Assembly (NCBI GenBank): GCA_041660605.1
Contig: JBAZWB010000002.1
Span: 66,216 to 130,215 of the forward strand
Source of the DNA: Patescibacteria group bacterium
Lineage (GTDB): Bacteria > Patescibacteriota > Patescibacteriia > UBA10025 > JAHIVO01
Direction: 5' to 3'
Length of the DNA stretch: 64,000 nucleotides
Within the stretch, counting starts at the first letter, position 1; each line of letters starts with the position of its first letter. Shown one piece after another: positions 60,401-64,000 of the stretch. Position numbers and translations under genes: made by a program. The notes beneath the pieces are model-generated. The model did not search any database. It saw only the letters and a program-made list of their open reading frames with translations, and was not told the origin of the DNA.

Positions 60401-63400
60401 TCTGCTTCAACATAAACAATCCCCTCTAAATTGCAGGCGCCGGTATCGCAGCCGGAAATCGCTATAGAACCGCCAGTCTGAACCGGAAAAACCGCGCCAT
60501 TGCTTGGATCAACTTTGTATATTATCCCGTCGCCAGCTGAAACCACCCACAGATTGGTGCCGTCATAGGCTAGGCTCCGTAAATTATTACCAAACGCAGC
60601 GCATGGTGTAGTAGGCGGCAATAGAAGATGATCTTCTCCGTCATCACAATCCAACTCATGCCCCGTTGCCTTACTAATACGGGCCAAACGGCTGTTGGTG
60701 CCCGATTCCGCGCCCAGTACCACCCATATTTCTCCCACGCCTACTTTAGCTACGCCAAAACCCTGATCCATGCCCAGATCAGCACTGTCGCTTTTAGTCC
60801 ACTCGTCCTCTAATGCCTGACCGGAGGCGCTCCAGGCATAGCCCTCCAGCGGATTAAATTCCCGCGACTCCACGAAATGGGTATTCAGTCCCCAGTGATT
60901 GGCCGCACCGCAGCTGTAATCGCTCTGGTCATAGCGGTTCAGGCAGTTAAATGACACCCAGCCGATATTTGACGACCAGGCCCAGCCGACCACGTTGTTT
61001 TTCACCAGGAATAATGTCGCTTCACTCCCGAAATTAGTCGGCACGCAGCTGCGGTCCTGGACACAGCCAGTGGAATCTATGACAGAATCTTCGCCATTGC
61101 GGGCTTTAACTTTAAAATCATATTTGACGGAAGCCTCCAGGTTGGTAATATCCACTCCCGCGTCTCCGCCCCAGTCCGCCCGCGATCCCCAGGCAACGAC
61201 ACCTGGCGCCGGATCATAACCATTTGCGCAGTCGGGATTATTCACCGGGTCAACGGTGGTAAAGTCTATCGAACCATCAGATTTAACATACTTTTCCCCG
61301 GCCACTGTGCCGTCGGCATTATACTTGGTAACGCAAATGGCGTACTGGGTATATTCAACCGGTACGGTAGGATTGTCATCAGAGCGCAGGCGCAGGTTCA
61401 TGGTCGTACCGTCAACCGTATAAATGAACGGCCGCCTTGGCGCCCAGGCCAGCGTATAAATGCATTCTCCCGGATTAGGGGGGATAAAACCGCTGTAATC
61501 TCCGGTACCGTCATTCGGATTTGAGCAATCGCCGTTGCATGACTGCACCTGGTAGCAATACTCCCTGTTTCCCTCTAGGCCATTATCAGTAGCCTTGGGG
61601 TTCTTGCGGTATTCATGGAATCCCGGATCACTCCCGGCTCCATAATTACCGCTATTTTTTATTTCTTCAAAAATAATTCCCGAACTGCTCTCCAATAAAT
61701 TTGAGTAGTCACTGACCTCGCCGGCATCCAGGCTGATCGTTTGCTCTGCGCGATCTAAAAATTGTATAGACGCAGGTGTTTGAATTGAAGTATAGGCCGA
61801 AGCGGTCGATGACTGCGGCCCAGCGCCAGAAGCATTGGAGGCCTTGACATATACCTGATATCTGGAATTTGGATTCAGCCCTTCCTGTAAATATTCATCG
61901 GTAAATATCGGCACTTTTCCATTGAGGGACAGGCCGGTCAGTGCATCAAAAATTTCATATGAGGTAGGTAAGGGAAGTCCTAGCGGTGGACTCCAGTTCC
62001 ATCTGATTGAACTCAAATCCTGGGTGGTATGGTTAGGCGCAGGCAAGACAGGCCAGAGCGGAGCGCACGGCGGGGTCAGTCCCTGTGCAGTACTGCCACC
62101 GCTATAGCTGGTGCAATCATTCAAATGAGGGAGATCATTGAGACATGCCCCGGTGTCATCCTGATTTTTCGCCCTCATATGGAATATATAGGTCGTATTG
62201 CACAGAGATAAATCTTTAAATGTCAATATTCCGCCATCCGCGCCGGCCAGTCCTAAGCCGCCTGAACTAGTTGGCTCAGTCTTAGTCCTCCAGCCATCAT
62301 ACCCCGGATAATCATTCCAGCTTGTTCCGCCGTTGGTTGAGTATTGAATCTGATATTTTGTAAGGTGGGGATTGCCGGTAAGGCCAGTGACGGTTACCTT
62401 ACAATTTTGATTGTCTGTTGTATCATACTTACATTCTACCCCGATCAAAGGTTTTTTAGCGGCTGTAAAGGCTGAAATAGTAGCAGTCTTTTGGCCCTCC
62501 CTGCCCCGGGAATCAACTGCCCGCAAATATGCCGAATACTGCGTATTCGGCGTTAAGGAACCGCCCCATCTGTCTAACATCTGCGTAAAACTAGTTAGTC
62601 CTCCAAAGATGTCTGCTCCTATTTGCGTACCACCAAAATCATAAAACTTGTAATAATCTACGGCTAATCCACCCACCGGTGCTTGCCATGACCATCGCAG
62701 AATGGTATATACTGGATTGTCGGCATGGGCAAAACTGCTTGGCGGGCAGGGCGGCAGAGTGTCGTACCGCGAGGTGGCAGAATATGCCGTCTCTACCAAA
62801 TCAAAATTTCTTGCTTTGACTCGATAATGATAAAAATAATTCGCGTCACAGGTTATTCCTCCGGATTCCCTATGGGTAAAAGTGAAATTGCGCGGCTGCG
62901 CGGTCCAGTCCATCGCCGTTTTTCCGCTGCCCCAATTTGGCGTAGTACTAGTGGTATTGCTATATTGAATAAAATAATGAGTACCATCAGGATTATTGGC
63001 GGTATTTATGGTCACCCTACAATAATATCCAAGCGCGTCATAGCCGCACGTCACCGCACCAACATCTAGCAAGGGCTGGTCCGCTAAGGAGCAAAAATGG
63101 GTGACCGCTGACATGGGGGTATAGAGAGTGCAAGGTCGGTCTTCGAGAGCGCAATCAAGATCGTTTTCGCAAACGTAGTTGTTTCCACATCTGCCAGCTA
63201 CTTCTCCCTCGACTTGCGGAGTATCGCGGTTCCGTGATTTGGTGGTGAAATCAAGGCAGGTATTCGGACCGATAGCGCTCCCGTCCACCTTTGTGGACAC
63301 GGTCACGGGCGCGGATAGCGGCACGTTAGTCCCGGTAGGGGTAGGATCCCACTGGCACAACCCGTCAAAATCAGCATCAGTTGGATCATAGAGATCGCAC

Positions 63401-64000
63401 CAGACACCGGCATCAGCGGGATTCGTTGTCCAGCTGCCATTGTTCTTCAGGTAATGGCCGCAACTGGTTGAGTCACAGATGGCATAATCGGTATTAGTGG
63501 GGTTAATAGCTTCGGGAGATGATGGCGGATCCGTATTGATCTGGACCTGTATCGAATTCACTGTGACCGCACCAATCTGTGGCGCACTCTGGTTGCGTGC
63601 GCGGGTGGTCTCCATGGAGAAGGCCGTCGGCGCAGTCCTTATGGCATCACCGTTTGTCGCGTAGGCGCCAATCGAATAATAGGTGGTGTCCGGCGAAAAA
63701 TCATTGGGTGTCGAGTCATATCCAACCAAATTTAGATACGGGGGCATATCCATGCCAACATGCGGAATAGTGCCCTCCATGTTATTCCATTCATCTAATG
63801 TTTGGGTGACTATACTATTACTGTTAAGCAAAAAAACTGGATAAAATCCAAAGTGGGCTCCTGTTCCGCCAGCTATGCTCCTGCCGTTCCAGCTGAAAGT
63901 AAAATCCTGGAGAGGTGGTATCAAGCCGGGATTAGTAACGTTCTTAATACGAAATTGGGAGTATTCGATCGAATCAGTAACCGGCGCGACATTTCCCAGG
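54421..64000 (-). CDS. Giant (>3,190 aa) extracellular protein, 5'-truncated by window; FN3-like, Cys-rich, beta-propeller-like repeats
   Basis: Frame stays open to the window end (LGNVAPVTDS...); Y.Y.VKA.N FN3 motifs, GWAWSSNIGWVSFNC, D...PH..W repeats, IEKR.L..G repeats. Confidence 0.9.
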   Translation of the reverse strand, partial: LGNVAPVTDSIEYSQFRIKNVTNPGLIPPLQDFTFSWNGRSIAGGTGAHFGFYPVFLLNSNSIVTQTLDEWNNMEGTIPHVGMDMPPYLNLVGYDSTPNDFSPDTTYYSIGAYATNGDAIRTAPTAFSMETTRARNQSAPQIGAVTVNSIQVQINTDPPSSPEAINPTNTDYAICDSTSCGHYLKNNGSWTTNPADAGVWCDLYDPTDADFDGLCQWDPTPTGTNVPLSAPVTVSTKVDGSAIGPNTCLDFTTKSRNRDTPQVEGEVAGRCGNNYVCENDLDCALEDRPCTLYTPMSAVTHFCSLADQPLLDVGAVTCGYDALGYYCRVTINTANNPDGTHYFIQYSNTTSTTPNWGSGKTAMDWTAQPRNFTFTHRESGGITCDANYFYHYRVKARNFDLVETAYSATSRYDTLPPCPPSSFAHADNPVYTILRWSWQAPVGGLAVDYYKFYDFGGTQIGADIFGGLTSFTQMLDRWGGSLTPNTQYSAYLRAVDSRGREGQKTATISAFTAAKKPLIGVECKYDTTDNQNCKVTVTGLTGNPHLTKYQIQYSTNGGTSWNDYPGYDGWRTKTEPTSSGGLGLAGADGGILTFKDLSLCNTTYIFHMRAKNQDDTGACLNDLPHLNDCTSYSGGSTAQGLTPPCAPLWPVLPAPNHTTQDLSSIRWNWSPPLGLPLPTSYEIFDALTGLSLNGKVPIFTDEYLQEGLNPNSRYQVYVKASNASGAGPQSSTASAYTSIQTPASIQFLDRAEQTISLDAGEVSDYSNLLESSSGIIFEEIKNSGNYGAGSDPGFHEYRKNPKATDNGLEGNREYCYQVQSCNGDCSNPNDGTGDYSGFIPPNPGECIYTLAWAPRRPFIYTVDGTTMNLRLRSDDNPTVPVEYTQYAICVTKYNADGTVAGEKYVKSDGSIDFTTVDPVNNPDCANGYDPAPGVVAWGSRADWGGDAGVDITNLEASVKYDFKVKARNGEDSVIDSTGCVQDRSCVPTNFGSEATLFLVKNNVVGWAWSSNIGWVSFNCLNRYDQSDYSCGAANHWGLNTHFVESREFNPLEGYAWSASGQALEDEWTKSDSADLGMDQGFGVAKVGVGEIWVVLGAESGTNSRLARISKATGHELDCDDGEDHLLLPPTTPCAAFGNNLRSLAYDGTNLWVVSAGDGIIYKVDPSNGAVFPVQTGGSIAISGCDTGACNLEGIVYVEAELWVTHNVVAGEVSRIRVSDGVESARYGVGSSPTWPLFDGKYVWAPNYGSNFISRIGLDGSVNNTYNLGAGITKPYDLAFDNRYLWVARQSGLTRLDPANGNVIQITDGDWTGDDMYGLEYFHGNLWLGDAQKHSVYQIDPINQSTIKRFDFGNPSEPKQIINDGSSIWSTDYGTNFIYKISPAAEPVTTGLGWISSYESVCSNDSQKGCYTDIDCGVANTCNESAGSPPDGVTYGYCYDKDGNMYGQCSDNSAWCTTVNLTHCAVPASATCLFDYDKRYTCSRSASGGQAGTCTIDPVNDVCHTFATSNFNGTTHGIDGWARIMSLKDIGAGYNCGIAGSTQPCAWGWISWSGEYDDGQGNKGSYSTVGTSVDTQSYLGDPDLNPDEIPLYSLFGWGWNAEKNDFSTRSRWLPAVNVSNTKKVATNIYDNPGYPDIAIDSAGDPHLAWVNYNDATASYVIYYIKYKNGRWLTADDSEYQPGVNGQVAKPAGKESEDAERLSLALDGNDLPHLAWDENSIVYYSSWDSTARSWQAPSQVDTGSYMPSMEIDRNNHPHIVYRKDSYALAEIYYRWNNGTAWVTADGTANGFVNVSNTATESNNPRLALGNETPEQRPHIVWQENTAASTASGEEIFYRWWDGSGWVDADPADGPDDDVSANIDSNSWGIGIPNPEGADPKIALTSDNRPGLLWRDPGRLIFLQWDTAAKDWVDANPVDGQFDDIWPNRPAVGEPEMTVHASHSMDLTFDDQDRPHVVWGDDLAWRGIADVRYRYWSPLSSGGSGAWVTASGDSGGLLNYDDLYLTVDASSDWHSRLNSVKLDALGNPHIIWIDTQVDPVAFAGGLQCGAFDGDGIVEVASTSSANDVALETDYMYTIGSNDDATWHIEKRRSADGELCAAGVCSAGTFGIGGVVNGPAGGNGARRIAIDSTYMYVFGATTPPSNWRIEKRLLSDGSLYASFGTGGTVTSVDGMNAGGIAIDGSYMYISGKDDSNNWRIEKRRLSDGSLVDSFGTAGIITGASDSNKAQDIVIDDNYLYVAGFNDSNKGRIEKRSLDTGALCTAGTCSDGDFGDAGSGIITVAGTNVTLYSIKIDSEYMYIGGTVANDWHIEKRRLDTGALCTAGACPAGDFGTGGVIAGQSATLILGELDIDQEYIYIAGNDEFEEDLRIEKYNINTGALCTAGACPAGDFGDAGSGVVTGAAASKYVNGMAIDTAYMYIVGSGDDGNWRTEKRWLTTGALDNFGSSLDCTNPQYPYCITYSWPSSAEKYCVASDLKYNRWTPGKFKSGLGWLEVMPVGALIGIPWVNTMYSDIYAQENIQLAPPPRGSEDFTSTYLILADGSIQGIPSYYSQTQTGLPTSGFYQQGLDSLIGGKCSLPAYVSEISCADHGGSWTAGAGFPLGQNVLETLDIDGLVANTGGLNRNGNRVQTQVDASGSVVDISNCSITHGSMALDGQIYHFSGADHYVINNEMTFENGFNGTSGNGLIVIDGDLEINDNTYYNSGTLDSISEMASAAVIVRGNIYINSTVDQLAGVFVAIDPDTTDDVVKGVISTGRRLPVSQTVQAGVDDAYVSKAGAVYNNVNDGDSLKFGLDAGVTYRSYLRWGFGTGGLNIPPNSEIKSAKIKLTGDNAVAGDFIGRIYLANYNDIYAFNHTVPPPSFQNPNAQNLYDIPTSNSVSYDVTDWVDNGENITPDIKSLVQKYINSDEYEKTYYDNATSYMGVVLKEGDASGDEYRSFSSVEDGSPAELIIEFSPQQVNYDITDLGNDTAALPGSYDQGAACMNIGWNAGSAERTYLRFKGINLPANVEILDAHLRASVCDSGGVGFQTRQGLVRDYPDFSSNPYGALMTDDVSETAQNISDTEWTTDETVYLRDITTLVESFIGRGDYQPGVSGKSEMVLRLRRGNDTVETTAGDGEYRGLKEGTGNLVVNYRLPLQVSGLFVAKGYSFDRKYSKDLAPSEQIVYDGRVVANTPPGLSDFTKALPVYQQVIP

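Overview
Gene-dense, almost entirely minus-strand window from a small-genome bacterium. Gene content and repeat style suggest CPR/Patescibacteria (Parcubacteria-like); this is an inference. From left to right: uppS, a polyprenyl synthase and rdgB; a non-oxidative pentose-phosphate cluster (rpiB-rpe-tkt...DUF2090) interrupted by an accessory block (Fic, HD-domain, AT-rich ORFs); AlkD and suhB; a divalent-cation transport cluster (corA, unknown membrane protein, NRAMP-type, soluble MgtE-like); tRNA-Pro(GGG); ndk, gatA/gatC and ligA. A ~37 kb type IV pilus region follows (minor pilins, pilD, an embedded Wzm/Wzt-glycosyltransferase locus ending in a GT2-Wzy_C-TPR fusion, major pilin, pilC, pilB, pilO/N/M), ending in a >3,190-aa surface protein truncated by the window edge. 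The most unusual signals are non-coding. The tRNA-Pro gene sits nested inside the anticodon arms of two further degenerate tRNA-Pro shells. A family of tiny ccccg...cgggg hairpins is seen as filled and empty alleles. A GIY-YIG gene is wrapped in REP-like palindromes. A four-helix-bundle gene lies between inverted heptamer arrays, with an apparent empty site elsewhere. A duplicated gene start with only synonymous differences brackets the Fic cassette.
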